A stretch of 64,000 nucleotides of DNA from an uncultured beta proteobacterium. GTDB lineage: Bacteria > Pseudomonadota > Gammaproteobacteria > Burkholderiales > Casimicrobiaceae. Positions 12,007 to 24,638 of this stretch are shown here, piece after piece. The notes beneath the pieces were generated by a model. That model did not search any database and was not told the DNA's origin. It was given only the letters and a program-made list of their open reading frames with translations. The first letter of the stretch is position 1. The number at the start of each line of letters is the position of its first letter. A program made the position numbers and the translations under genes. The stretch spans positions 82,731-146,730 of the forward strand of contig CAVSFA010000015.1 in the NCBI GenBank assembly GCA_963727145.1, given 5' to 3'.

Positions 12007-13113
12007 ATGTCCAATCTCGCCACTGCGGGGCGGTTGCAGCGCGCCACTTCGCAACTCCCCGTCTCCTGGTATTGCGACCCCGCGGTCTTCGCTGCGGAGC
12101 AGCGCCTGCTGTTCTCGCGGGCGCCCGGCTACGTCGGACACGAGCTGATGGTCCCCGAGCGGGGCGATTACTACGCGCTCGAATGGCGCGACAATGCGCA
12201 GGCGCTCGTGCGCAACGCCGAAGGCGTGGAGCTCATCTCGAACGTCTGCCGGCACCGGCAGGCGATCATCCTCACCGGCCGCGGCAACGTTCCCAACATC
12301 GTTTGCCCGATCCACCGCTGGACCTACGACCTCAAGGGCGAGCTCCTGGGCGCGCCGCACTTCGAGGACAACCCCTGTCTCAATCTCGGGCGCTCGCCGC
12401 TCACGAACTGGAACGGGCTCCTGTTCGACGGCAAGCGCGACGTCCGCCGGGACTTGGCCGCGCTGGGCGCGCACGACTTCGACTTCTCGGGCTTCATGCT
12501 CGACCGCGTCGAGATCCACGAGTGCCGCTACAACTGGAAATCGTTCATCGAGGTCTACCTCGAGGACTACCACGTCGTCCCGTTCCACCCCGGTCTCGGC
12601 CACTTCGTCACCTGCGACGACCTCCGGTGGGAATTCGCGCCGTGGGCGTCGCTGCAGTCGGTGGGCATTACCGACCTCGCCAAGGCGGGCAGCAAGACCT
12701 ACCAGCGCTGGCACAAGGCCGTTCTCGACTACTATCGCGGCGAAATGCCGAAGCACGGCGCTATCTGGCTCACCTATTATCCGAACGTGATGCTGGAGTG
12801 GTATCCACACGTGCTCGTCATCAGCACGCTCTACCCGCGCGGCATCGATCGCACGACCAACGTCGTCGAGTTCTACTATCCCGAGGACATCGCCCTTTTC
12901 GAGCGTGAGTTCGTCGAGGCCGAGCAGGCGGCGTACATGGAGACGGCGGCCGAGGACGACGAGATCGCGGAACGAATGGATGCCGGTCGCCGCGCGCTCT
13001 ACAGGATGGGGCGCAGCGAGGAGGGCCCGTACCAGTCGCCGATGGAAGACGGGATGCAGCATTTCCACGAGTTCCTCCGCCGCGAGCTCGACACGCACAT
13101 CGCGCCGCGCTGA
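12007..13113 (+). CDS. Rieske [2Fe-2S] ring-hydroxylating oxygenase alpha-subunit-like protein
   Basis: 368-aa intact ORF with Rieske motif CRHR-x16-CPIHRW. No beta subunit or reductase gene is adjacent. Confidence 0.8.
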   Translation: MSNLATAGRLQRATSQLPVSWYCDPAVFAAEQRLLFSRAPGYVGHELMVPERGDYYALEWRDNAQALVRNAEGVELISNVCRHRQAIILTGRGNVPNIVCPIHRWTYDLKGELLGAPHFEDNPCLNLGRSPLTNWNGLLFDGKRDVRRDLAALGAHDFDFSGFMLDRVEIHECRYNWKSFIEVYLEDYHVVPFHPGLGHFVTCDDLRWEFAPWASLQSVGITDLAKAGSKTYQRWHKAVLDYYRGEMPKHGAIWLTYYPNVMLEWYPHVLVISTLYPRGIDRTTNVVEFYYPEDIALFEREFVEAEQAAYMETAAEDDEIAERMDAGRRALYRMGRSEEGPYQSPMEDGMQHFHEFLRRELDTHIAPR

Positions 13114-13194
13114 CGCGTTGCGGTCGGCGCCGGCGAGACTCGCTGTGCGTGCTCGCCGCAACCGGAGGCGGGAGCGTCCTGCGCCCCGCCACCC

Positions 13195-14067
13195 ATGCAA
13201 TCGCTCTGGATGCTCGCCGCCGGGTTGTGTTTCGCGCTGATGGGCGTGTTCGTGAAGCTCGGCGCCGAGCAGTTCAGCGCGGCCGAGATGGTGTTCTACC
13301 GGTCGCTGTTGAGCATCGCGGTGACGTGGGGACTGCTCGCGAAGGCGGGAATGACGGTCAAGACCACGCGCTTCGGCATGCACGCGCACCGCGGCGTCGC
13401 GGGATTCGTCTCGCTGTTCATGTTCTTCTACACGCTTACCGTTCTGCCGGTCGCGACGGCGATGACGCTCAATTACACTTCGCCGGTGTTTCTCGCCGTG
13501 CTGCTCGCATGGCTCGCCCGCGAGCGCCCGGGCGGAAAGCTCGCGCTGACGATCGGGCTCGGCTTCGCCGGCGCGGTGCTGCTGCTGCAACCGACGCTGT
13601 CGTCGGACCAGCTCGCGGCCGGGCTGATCGGTCTTGCATCCGGCGCCACGTCGGCGGTCGCGTACTGGAACGTACGGCAGCTGGTCCAGGCCGACGAGCC
13701 GGTCGACCGTGTCGTTTTCTATTTCGCGCTGTTCTCGCTCATGGGCGCGCTCGTCTGGATGACGCCCACCGGCTGGAGCGAAGTGACACTCGACAACGTC
13801 TGGGTGCTCGCCGGCGTCGGCGTGATGGGCACCGCGGGTCAGCTCGCCATGACGCGCGCGTACGGCCGCGGCAAGACGCTCGTCACGGCGACGCTGTCGT
13901 ACAGCGGCATCGTGTTCTCGAGTGCGCTCGGGATCCTGATCTGGCACGATGTGCTCGGCATCGCGTCTTGGCTCGGCATGGCGCTGATCGTCGCGGCGGG
14001 CATCGCAGCCGTGCAGTTCGCGCCGGGCGCGGGGCCCGACGCCGGGCCGCAGGTCACCAACGACTGA
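13195..14067 (+). CDS. EamA/DMT family transporter
   Basis: 290-aa intact, strongly hydrophobic ORF with about 10 predicted TM segments in an EamA-like duplicated pattern. Confidence 0.8.
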   Translation: MQSLWMLAAGLCFALMGVFVKLGAEQFSAAEMVFYRSLLSIAVTWGLLAKAGMTVKTTRFGMHAHRGVAGFVSLFMFFYTLTVLPVATAMTLNYTSPVFLAVLLAWLARERPGGKLALTIGLGFAGAVLLLQPTLSSDQLAAGLIGLASGATSAVAYWNVRQLVQADEPVDRVVFYFALFSLMGALVWMTPTGWSEVTLDNVWVLAGVGVMGTAGQLAMTRAYGRGKTLVTATLSYSGIVFSSALGILIWHDVLGIASWLGMALIVAAGIAAVQFAPGAGPDAGPQVTND

Positions 14068-14106
14068 CGCGAGCGGAGCTTCACGCGTACGATTGCGAGT
14101 TCAACG

Positions 14107-14955
14107 ATGCATCACACGCTCATCTCCACCGCCGACCTCGCCGCAGCGCTCGACGATCCGCTGCTGGTGATCGTCGACGTGCGCCACGATCTGGCGCAGC
14201 CCGACGCGTGGGGCGAGGCGCAGTACCGTGCCGGGCACATTCGGGGCGCGCGGTTCGCGCACCTCGATCGCGATCTGTCTGCGCCGAAAACCGGAACCAA
14301 TGGCCGCCATCCCTTGCCGACGCCCGCGGCAACGGCTGCGACATTTGGTCGACTCGGCATCGATGCGGTCAAGCAGGTCGTCGCCTACGATCAGGGCGGC
14401 GGAATGTTCGCCGCGCGCCTGTGGTGGATGCTGCGCTGGCTGGGCCACGACGCAGTGGCGGTGCTGGACGGCGGCTTCGCCAAGTGGACGCGCGAGGAGC
14501 GGCCGGTGGCCACCGCGTTGCCGCCGACGCGCGCCGCACGCTTCGAAATTCGCGGCGTCGCCTCGACGGTGAGTGCCGCCCAGGTTTTGGCGAGCCTCGA
14601 CGAGCGCACGCTCGCTCTCCTCGATGCCAGGACACCGGAACGCTTCCGCGGCGAGACCGAGCCCATGGATCCCGTTGCCGGGCACATCCCGGGCGCGCGG
14701 AACCGGCCGTACGCGCAGAATCTCGCTGCTGACCTGACGTGGAAGAGCGCGACGCGGCTTCGCGAGGAATTCGACTCGCTTCTGGGAACGACGCCGCCGG
14801 CGCAGGTCGTCAACCATTGTGGCTCCGGCGTCACCGCGTGCCACAACATCCTGGCGATGGAGATCGCCGGGCTTGCGGGGTCGCGCCTATATCCCGGCTC
14901 GTGGAGCGAATGGTGCGCGGATCCGGCGCGGCCCATCGCGCGCGGCGATGCCTAG
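14107..14955 (+). CDS. sseA: 3-mercaptopyruvate/thiosulfate sulfurtransferase (tandem rhodanese)
   Basis: 282-aa intact ORF with two rhodanese domains, active-site loop CGSGVTA and C-terminal SWSEW. Confidence 0.85.
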   Translation: MHHTLISTADLAAALDDPLLVIVDVRHDLAQPDAWGEAQYRAGHIRGARFAHLDRDLSAPKTGTNGRHPLPTPAATAATFGRLGIDAVKQVVAYDQGGGMFAARLWWMLRWLGHDAVAVLDGGFAKWTREERPVATALPPTRAARFEIRGVASTVSAAQVLASLDERTLALLDARTPERFRGETEPMDPVAGHIPGARNRPYAQNLAADLTWKSATRLREEFDSLLGTTPPAQVVNHCGSGVTACHNILAMEIAGLAGSRLYPGSWSEWCADPARPIARGDA

Positions 14956-15020
14956 CGAGGAGGCCATCGGGCGCAAGTCACGGATGCGCGAGCGAGCGCG
15001 CGCGCCTTCCGATGAGCGGC

Positions 15021-15611
15021 TCAGCTCCGCGCCGGCCCGAGCGGCCATGCCGCCACATCGCGGTACCCCGAGCCGTCCGACTGCAGATCCGACGCAGTCA
15101 GCGTCATCCTGTCCACCTTCCAGACGATCGCCGTGCGCGCCGTCGCCAGCACGCGCCTGCGGCATCGGCGCGCGAGGGTGACATGGGCGCGAAACGCGCG
15201 ATCGTCGGCCGGGAATCCCGCCGCGGCCAGCGCGTCGCGCAGACGCGCCACGAGCCGTTCGAGCTCGGGAGGCGTCGCGTTCGTGCCGAGCCAGGCTATC
15301 CCAGCGTCGCGGAACCCGCTGGTACGATCGAGCACAAGAACGAGCGGCGGCGCCGAGCCTGCCACCGCAGCGCCGATTTCGCGCAACGCGCCCAAGCGCG
15401 CCGGCGCGACGTCGCCGACGAACGCGAGTGTCAAGTGAATGTTCGCAGGCCGCGGCGACCTGCCCCCCGCATCCATTGCGACCTCGCGCGCAAGGACCGC
15501 AACGGCGTCCCGTGTCGCCCCATCCGGCCACGCCGCGAAGAAAACGCGCAGCGGCGCTTCGCGCGCCACGGCGTCGCGCGTGTCGAAGTGCGCTGGCTGG
15601 GTTGAAGGCAC
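15021..15611 (-). CDS. thpR: RNA 2',3'-cyclic phosphodiesterase / 2'-5' RNA ligase family protein
   Basis: Two H-x-T-x motifs (HLTLAF, HVTLAR) in the C-terminal part of the chimeric ORF 15021..17387. A GTG start at 15611 is proposed; the start is uncertain. Confidence 0.7.
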   Translation of the reverse strand: MPSTQPAHFDTRDAVAREAPLRVFFAAWPDGATRDAVAVLAREVAMDAGGRSPRPANIHLTLAFVGDVAPARLGALREIGAAVAGSAPPLVLVLDRTSGFRDAGIAWLGTNATPPELERLVARLRDALAAAGFPADDRAFRAHVTLARRCRRRVLATARTAIVWKVDRMTLTASDLQSDGSGYRDVAAWPLGPARS

Positions 15612-15754
15612 GCAATCAGTGTAGCGCCGCCCGTCGCGGGCGATGCGCCGTCGCCCGTGGGTTTTCGCATCGCAGCGCGAAACCGTCGGGCGCCCTTTCG
15701 CAAACAACGACCGCGCGCCCTTTCGGGCCGCGCGGTCTGCGAGCCGGTACGGTG

Positions 15755-17069
15755 TCAGCCGTTCGCGACGTGCAACTCGGCCTTCGGCTTGTCGAAGAAC
15801 TGCTCGTCCTCGGTCGAGTTCCGCAGCGCGGTCGTCGACGACTGGCTCCCCTGGATCGTCGTCGTCACCGCGTCGAAGTAGCTGGTACCGACTTCGCGCT
15901 GGTGCTTGATCGCCGTGAAGCCCTTCGCCATTGCCGCGAACTCCGCTTCCTGCAGCTCGACGAACGCCGTCATGTGCTCGTGCGCGTAGCCGTGCGCGAG
16001 ATTGAACATCGAATAGTTGAGGCTGTGGAAGCCGGCGAGGGTGATGAACTGGAACTTGTAGCCCATCTTCCCGAGCTCGGTCTGGAACTTCGTCACCGTC
16101 GCGTCGTCGAGATTCTTCTTCCAGTTGAACGACGGCGAGCAGTTGTACGCGAGCATCTTGCCGGGGAACTTTGCGTGGATCGCGTCGGCGAAGGCCTTCG
16201 CGAAATCGAGATCGGGCTTGCCCGTCTCGCACCACAGCAGGTCCGCGTAGGGCGCGTAGGCGAGTCCGCGCGCGACCGCCTGTTCGAGTCCCGCCTTCGT
16301 CTTGTAAAAGCCCTCGACCGTTCGCTCTCCGCTCAGGAATGGCCTGTCGTTGACGTCGATGTCCGAGGTCACGAGATCGGCCGCCTCGGCGTCGGTGCGG
16401 GCGAGGAGCAGCGTCGGCACGCCCATGACGTCGGCGGCGAGCCGCGCCGCGATCAGCTTGTCCACCGCCTCGCGCGTCGGGTACCAGCACCTTGCCGCCC
16501 ATGTGGCCGCATTTCTTGACCGACGCGAGCTGGTCCTCGAAATGAACGCCTGCCGCACCCGCCTCGATCATCGCCTTCATCAGCTCGAACGCGTTCAGCA
16601 CGCCGCCGAATCCGGCTTCGGCGTCGGCGACGATCGGCGCGAAATAGTCGATCGTGTCGCTGCCCTCCATGTGCTGGATCTGGTCGGCGCGCATGAACGT
16701 GTTGTTGATGCGCTTGACGACGTTCGGGACCGAATTGACCGGATAGAGCGACTGGTCCGGATACATCTCGCCCGCGATGTTCGCGTCGGCGGCGACCTGC
16801 CAGCCCGAAAGGTAGATCGCCTTGAGGCCCGCCTTCACCTGCTGCATCGCCTGGTTGCCGCTCATCGCACCGAGCGAATTAACGAAGGGCTGCTCGGTAA
16901 CGAGCTTCCAGAGCTTTTCCGCGCCGAGGCGCGCGAGCGTGTACTCGATGTGGATCGAGCCGCGCAGTCGAACGACGTCTTCCGCCGTATACCCGCGCGC
17001 TATGCCTTTCCAGCGCGGATTCTCCGCCCATTCCTTCTTGAGCCGTGCTGCTTCGAGATCGTAGTTCAT
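15755..17069 (-). pseudogene. aceA: isocitrate lyase, one frame break at about 16479-16481
   Basis: The N-terminal part [23 protein letters not shown]...[13 protein letters not shown] starts at the verified ATG at 17069. The C-terminal part [19 protein letters not shown]... is in ORF 15755..16558. The span mod 3 is 1, and an extra base in a GGG/CCC run explains the break. Confidence 0.9.
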
Positions 17070-17855
17070 GGTTGCTCCCATCTTGCGTCGTGGCCAATCC
17101 GGCGTGTCGCGCGGTCCGCCGCGCGCGCCCGGAACCTTGGTCAGCAGCCGCACATGCCGCGAAGCCTCGCGCCGCGTGCTGCCGCAGTGTGAAACGGTAG
17201 GCGAGCCCAGCCGCCAGCGCTTCACTGCACGGTCCGGCGAGGATCGCTCGGGCGGACGGGCGGGCGTGGATGGGGTGGAACCCAAGCCCTGCTTGTGGCC
17301 TCGGTCGAGTTCGCCGTTGGCCGATCGTGACGCCTGCCAAGTTAGCAAAGTTACGTCGCGCTGACAAGAGGAATTATTGCATTGCAATACAGTAAATATT
17401 TCACAGAATCATACTGTTAAAATATATTTCCGCATCGTGGAAACGAAAAGCGCCCATGCGTCCGCGGCCGGTGCTGCATCGCGATAGCCCAACCCCCGCC
17501 CGGTACCGATTCGAGGGCGACCTGGCGCCTGAGCGGGTTCGAGATTTGCACCAGGTATTGCGTTCTACAGCGGAATGAAACCACGAGCGAAAATCGGAAA
17601 TGATCTTCGCGCCTTGCGCGGCAATGTACGCAGCGCGATCGATTGTCCGCTGCGCGAGCGTACGCGCATGCTGATCGTCACTCTGTCTGCGTCGCGGTCG
17701 CACTGTTGACAGACACTGCGGACGGTGCAACTGTTGCCCGTTCGCGCGCAGACGACGAACAATCACGGCGAGTGCGCTCCATGCCGTCGGCAATTCACGC
17801 GACCCGACGTCGATGCGAAGAAAGCGGCGCGCGTTTCCGGACGAGGAGAGGCATC

Positions 17856-18173
17856 GTGCGTTCCATTCGACTGATCGTCGCGGCTGCCGTCGCTGCCGGC
17901 ACGGGCTTCGCCGTTGCGCAAGGCACCGATCCGAACCTTGCGCGCAATCTCGCCGCGACCTGCGCGAACTGCCACGGCCCCGACGGCGTGAGCCAGGGCG
18001 GAATGGCGAGCCTTGCCGGCATGAGCAGAGGCCGACATCGTCCGCAAGATGCGGGAGTTCAAGACCGGCAAGCAAGCCGGCCACGATGATGCAGCAGCTG
18101 GCGAAGGGCTACACCGACGAGCAGATCGAGCTCATCGCCGGCTGGTTCGCGGCGCAGAAGGCCGCCGAAGTGA
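17856..18173 (+). pseudogene. fccA: flavocytochrome c sulfide dehydrogenase, monohaem cytochrome c subunit (frame breaks)
   Basis: GTG at 17856 follows AGGAGAGG. Signal peptide VRSIRLIVAAAVAAGTGFAVAQG and haem site CANCH are present. The rest (IVRKMREFKTGKQ / MMQQLAKGYTDEQIELIAGWFAAQK) is spread over other frames. The end coordinate is approximate. Confidence 0.6.
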
Positions 18174-18190
18174 GCGGCCCGGCGGAGGAA

Positions 18191-19477
18191 ATGACGATGC
18201 GCCGACGCGAATTCCTGAAGGCGGCCGCCGCGGGATCGGCGTCATCGGCGCTGCCCGCGTGCGCGACGATCGGCGGCGTGCGTCCGGCAAGGTCGTCATC
18301 GTCGGCGGCGGCTACGGCGGCGCGACGGCCGCCAAGTACATCCGGATGTGGAGCGACGGCACGGTCGACGTCACCGTGGTCGAGCCGAACGCCGAGTTCA
18401 TTTCCTGCCCGATGTCGAACCTCGTGCTGGGCGGAAGCAAGGATATCGCGTTCGTGACCGTCGGCTACGACAATCTCGCGAAGCGCCACGGCGTCAAGGT
18501 CATCCGCGACACCGCGACCGCCGTCGATGCCGGACAAGCGCGTCGTGAAGCTCGCGAGCGGCGGCGAATTGCGCTACGACCGGCTGATCCTGTCGCCGGG
18601 CGTCGACTTCATGTGGGACAAGGTGCCCGGGCCTCGACAACGCCGAGCGCGCAGGCGAAGATCCTGCACGCGTGGAAGGCCGGTCCGCAGACGGTGGCGC
18701 TGCGCAGGCAGCTCGAAGCGATGCCGCGACGGCGGCGTCTACGTGATCTCGATCCCGGTTGCGCCGTACCGGTGCCCGCCCGGTCCATACGAGCGCGCGT
18801 GCCAGGTCGCGTGGTACTTCAAGCGCGCGAAGCCGAAGTCGAAGGTGCTGATCCTCGACGGCAACGGCGACGTGACGTCGAAGGGGCCGCTGTTCAAGAA
18901 GGCGTGGGCGGAGGAGTACAAGGGCATCGTCGAGTACCGGCCGAACTACGTGCTGACCGACGTCGATGTCGCCGACGGCGACGGCGAAGTTCGAGGTCCA
19001 CGACGCACGTGAAGGCCGACGTCCTCAACGTCGTCCCGCCGCAGCGCGCGGGCGCCATCGCGCGTGCGGCCGGCGTCGTCACCGCCAACGATCGCTGGTG
19101 CGATGTCGATTTCCTCACCTTCGAATCGGTGAAGGTGAAGAACGTCCACGTCCTCGGCGACGCGATCCAGATCGCGCCCGCGATGCCCAAGTCGGGGCAC
19201 ATGGCGAACCAGCACGCGAAGGTCTGCGCCGCGGCCGTCGTCGTCGCTGCTCGCGGGGCAGCCGCCGAACCCGACGCCCGTGCTCACCAACACCTGCTAC
19301 AGCATGATCACCGACAAGGATTCGGTGCACGTCTGCTCGGTGCACCAATAGGACCAGGAGAAGAAGACGCTTCTGCCCGTCCAGGGCGCCGGCGGCGTCT
19401 CCATGGCGATGAGCGAACAGGAAGGCGCGTACGCGTTCGCGTGGGCGAAGAACATCTGGGCCGATATGCTCGCGTAG
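18191..19477 (+). pseudogene. fccB: flavocytochrome c sulfide dehydrogenase, flavoprotein subunit (multiple frame breaks)
   Basis: Tat signal MTMRRREFLKAAAAG and FAD fold KVVIVGGGYGGATAAKYI. Fragments VEPNAEFISCPMSNLVLGG, YRCPPGPYERACQVAWYFK, VLGDAIQIAPAMPKSGHMANQHAKVCAAAV and C-terminal [12 protein letters not shown] are distributed over all three frames. Confidence 0.8.
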
Positions 19478-19539
19478 GTCATATTGGCGCTTCGCGCCGA
19501 GCCGCCGATTGGGAAACCGAGCGCAGAGCGGGCCATCGA

Positions 19540-19570
19540 CGAAAACGGCGCCTCGGGGGCGCCGTTTTCG
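19540..19570. terminator. bidirectional intrinsic terminator between convergent fccB and clpA
   Basis: Perfect 13-bp inverted repeat CGAAAACGGCGCC / GGCGCCGTTTTCG with a 5-nt loop. The GC-rich stem is flanked by an A-run and a T-run, so it can terminate in both directions. Confidence 0.7.
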
Positions 19571-19585
19571 CTGCGCACGGTGCGT

Positions 19586-21856
<2,271 letters not shown>

Positions 21857-21929
21857 TTCGGTTGCCTCTCACGGCCGTTCCGGATCCGCCGCGGAGTGCG
21901 GCGCCAACGGAGCTTCCCGGCCTTAACGC

Positions 21930-22238
21930 TCAAGTCTCCTCCATCGTGCACTGCAGCGGGTGCTGGTGCTTGCGGGCGATGTCGATCACCTGGTCGACCT
22001 TCGCTGCCGCCACTTCACGCACGTACGTCCCGCATACCCCCATCCCCTCGCGATGCACCTGCAGCATCACCTGCGTGGCCTTTTCCCGGCTCATCGCGAA
22101 AACAGTCTGCAACACCACGACCACAAAGTCCATCGGCGTGTAGTCGTCGTTCAGCAACAGGACCTTGTACAGCGGCGGCGGCTTCAGCCGGGTCTTCTCG
22201 ACCTCGAGAAGGCTGCCGTCGTGCTGCTGTTTAGCCAT
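21930..22238 (-). CDS. clpS: ATP-dependent Clp protease adaptor ClpS
   Basis: [40 protein letters not shown]... is canonical ClpS, directly upstream of clpA. Confidence 0.92.
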   Translation of the reverse strand: MAKQQHDGSLLEVEKTRLKPPPLYKVLLLNDDYTPMDFVVVVLQTVFAMSREKATQVMLQVHREGMGVCGTYVREVAAAKVDQVIDIARKHQHPLQCTMEET

Positions 22239-22484
22239 CGTCCGCAGGATGGGGAAAGGGGCAGATGGTCCTATGTTTGATGATTGCAACAGATTTTTCA
22301 AGGGGAACAAGCTTTTGCCGCCTCCAAGCTTGACGCCGGCTGGAATCTGCGCTTAAAAAAGCGTTGTTTGGCTCCTAAGTGGCTGCTGTTCCGGTTCGTC
22401 CGCGCAAATGACGCTGCACCTGCCGTAGGTGGTACTTGCTGTCCAAACACTAACATCCCGTTCATTCTGGAAGGAAGTAGCTCT

Positions 22485-22688
22485 ATGGCAACCGGAACCG
22501 TCAAGTGGTTCAACGACGCGAAGGGGTACGGGTTCATCACGCCGGACGACGGCGGGGAGGACTTGTTCGCGCATTTTTCGGCGATCAACATGCAGGGCTT
22601 CAAGACGCTGAAGGAAGGCCAGAAGGTCAGCTTCGAAGTGACCCAGGGGCCCAAGGGAAAGCAGGCGAGCAACATCCAGGCCGCCTGA
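22485..22688 (+). CDS. cold-shock protein, CspA family
   Basis: 67 aa, [32 protein letters not shown], with RNP1/RNP2 motifs. The ATG at 22485 was verified. Confidence 0.93.
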   Translation: MATGTVKWFNDAKGYGFITPDDGGEDLFAHFSAINMQGFKTLKEGQKVSFEVTQGPKGKQASNIQAA

Positions 22689-22738
22689 CGCCGCTCCCGT
22701 ATTTCGTGGCGCGTCTACCCGGTGCCGCCTGCGACAAG

Positions 22739-22765
22739 AGCCCGCCACCCGGCGGGCTTTTTGTT
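22739..22765 (+). terminator. intrinsic terminator downstream of the csp gene
   Basis: AGCCCGCC-ACCC-GGCGGGCT hairpin followed by TTTTGTT. Confidence 0.7.
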
Positions 22766-22974
22766 GTTGCCGCCGAGGGGACCCGGGGCGCCGTTCGTCG
22801 GAACGTTGGAAGCCGACTCATCGTCGGGGCATCTGCCCGCAGGCTTGCGCCCGGGGCCTCCGCTCCGTTAGCGAAATTCGTGATGCCGAGCTATCGGCCG
22901 CGGCACCCCACTCGACCCGGTCGCATCCCCACGCGCTAGCCGCGCGCGGGGCCCCTGCTCCCAGTCTCGCGTCG

Positions 22975-24231
22975 CTACATCCTCTCGATCAGCGCCTTGC
23001 CGAACCCCGAGCAGGAGACCTGCGTCGCGCCCTGCATCAGCCGCGCGAAGTCGTAGGTCACGACCTTGTCCTGGATCGATTTCTCGATCGCCTTGACGAT
23101 GAGTTGCGCCGCTTCCTTCCACCCCATATGGACCAGCATCATCTCGGCGGACAGGATTTCCGAGCCCGGATTGACGTAGTCCTTGCCGGCGTACTTGGGC
23201 GCCGTGCCGTGCGTTGCCTCGAACATCGCGACCGAGTCGGACATGTTGGCACCCGGCGCGATGCCGATGCCGCCGACCTGCGCCGCGAGCGCGTCGGATA
23301 TGTAGTCGCCGTTGAGGTTGAGCGTGGCGATCACGTCGTACTCCGCCGGCCGCAGCAGAATCTGCTGCAGGAACGCGTCCGCGATCACGTCCTTCACGAT
23401 GATGTCGCGACCGGTCTTGGGATTCTTGAACGTCATCCACGGCCCGCCGTCCAGCGGCTGCGCGCCGAACTCCTTCTGCGCGAGCGCGTAGCCCCAGTCG
23501 CGGAAGGCGCCCTCGGTGAACTTCATGATGTTGCCCTTGTGCACGAGCGTTACCGACCTGCGGTCGTTGTCGATCGCGTACTGGATCGCCTTACGCACGA
23601 GGCGCTCGGTGCCTTCGCGTGACACGGGCTTGATCCCGATGCCCGAGGTTTCCGGGAAGCGGATCTTCTTGACGCCCATCTCCTTGATCAGGAATTGGAC
23701 GAGCTTCTTCGCGCCGTCCGATTCGGCCAGCCATTCGATGCCCGCGTAGATATCCTCGGAGTTCTCGCGGAAAATCACCATGTCGGTCTTTTCCGGCTCC
23801 TTCACCGGACTGGGCACGCCCTTGAAATACCGCACCGGACGCAGGCAAACGTAGAGGTCGAGTTGCTGGCGCAGCGCGACGTTGAGCGACCGGATGCCGC
23901 CGCCCACCGGCGTAGTCAGCGGCCCCTTGATCGAGACGACGTAATCCTTGAGGATCGCGAGCGTCTCGTCCGGCAGCCATACGTCGGGACCGTAGACCTT
24001 CGTCGACTTCTCGCCGGCGTAGATCTCCATCCAATGGATCTTGCGCTTGCCGCCATAAGCCTTTGCTACCGCGGCATCGACGACCCTGATCATCACCGGC
24101 GTAATGTCGAAGCCGGTGCCGTCGCCTTCGATATACGGGATGATCGGGTTGTCGGGAACGTTAAGGCTGTAATCCTTGTTGACGGTGATCTTCTGGCCCC
24201 CGGCCGGAATCTTGACGTGCTGACTGGACAT
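22975..24231 (-). CDS. icd: NADP-dependent isocitrate dehydrogenase
   Basis: 418-aa intact ORF ([17 protein letters not shown]..., [19 protein letters not shown]), typical of homodimeric Icd. Confidence 0.95.
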   Translation of the reverse strand: MSSQHVKIPAGGQKITVNKDYSLNVPDNPIIPYIEGDGTGFDITPVMIRVVDAAVAKAYGGKRKIHWMEIYAGEKSTKVYGPDVWLPDETLAILKDYVVSIKGPLTTPVGGGIRSLNVALRQQLDLYVCLRPVRYFKGVPSPVKEPEKTDMVIFRENSEDIYAGIEWLAESDGAKKLVQFLIKEMGVKKIRFPETSGIGIKPVSREGTERLVRKAIQYAIDNDRRSVTLVHKGNIMKFTEGAFRDWGYALAQKEFGAQPLDGGPWMTFKNPKTGRDIIVKDVIADAFLQQILLRPAEYDVIATLNLNGDYISDALAAQVGGIGIAPGANMSDSVAMFEATHGTAPKYAGKDYVNPGSEILSAEMMLVHMGWKEAAQLIVKAIEKSIQDKVVTYDFARLMQGATQVSCSGFGKALIERM

Positions 24232-24638
24232 GGAATCTCCTTGGGGGTCGCCGCCGGGCGTTCAGCCGCGGCCTCGCGCGCGACCGCGGGTGCGGTAATC
24301 GGGTTGTTGCAAACCCTTAATTATCCTCGAATTCGGTGGATACTGCCATGCGGAGCCCGCTCGCGAATCGATCCAGGTCAAAGATCGGCGCCGGGAATTG
24401 GCCCTCTCAGGGCGCGAGCCGCCTCCGCGATGGCCGGCAATGTTGCGACTTCGATTGCTTGCCGGTCGCGGACGCGATGTCTCCCGCGAAAGGGGTATTG
24501 CGCGCGTGCTATCATCGCCGCCCGTCCGACGATCCCGTCTCGCTGCGGCGGTCGCCGCCGTCGCGCTCCGCGCCGTAGTCCGTTGCGTCTGCCGGCTTCC
24601 AGTCCCGATCGCTATCGCTGCATCGACACCGCCGCGCG

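Noticed and set aside
15021-17387. 788-aa ORF that looks like a fusion of isocitrate lyase and a 2'-5' RNA ligase
   Set aside because: After the aceA frame break at about 16480, the shifted frame runs stop-free through the rest of aceA and the spacer, into thpR. The C-terminal aceA sequence is found in ORF 15755..16558. This is a read-through artefact, not a fusion protein.
17390-17855. A regulator gene or small RNA in the 470-bp aceA/fccA intergenic region, including the 8-bp palindrome ATTGCAAT at about 17375-17385
   Set aside because: No ORF with recognisable motifs is present in any frame. The palindrome is short and AT-rich and could occur by chance. The region is probably just a divergent promoter region.
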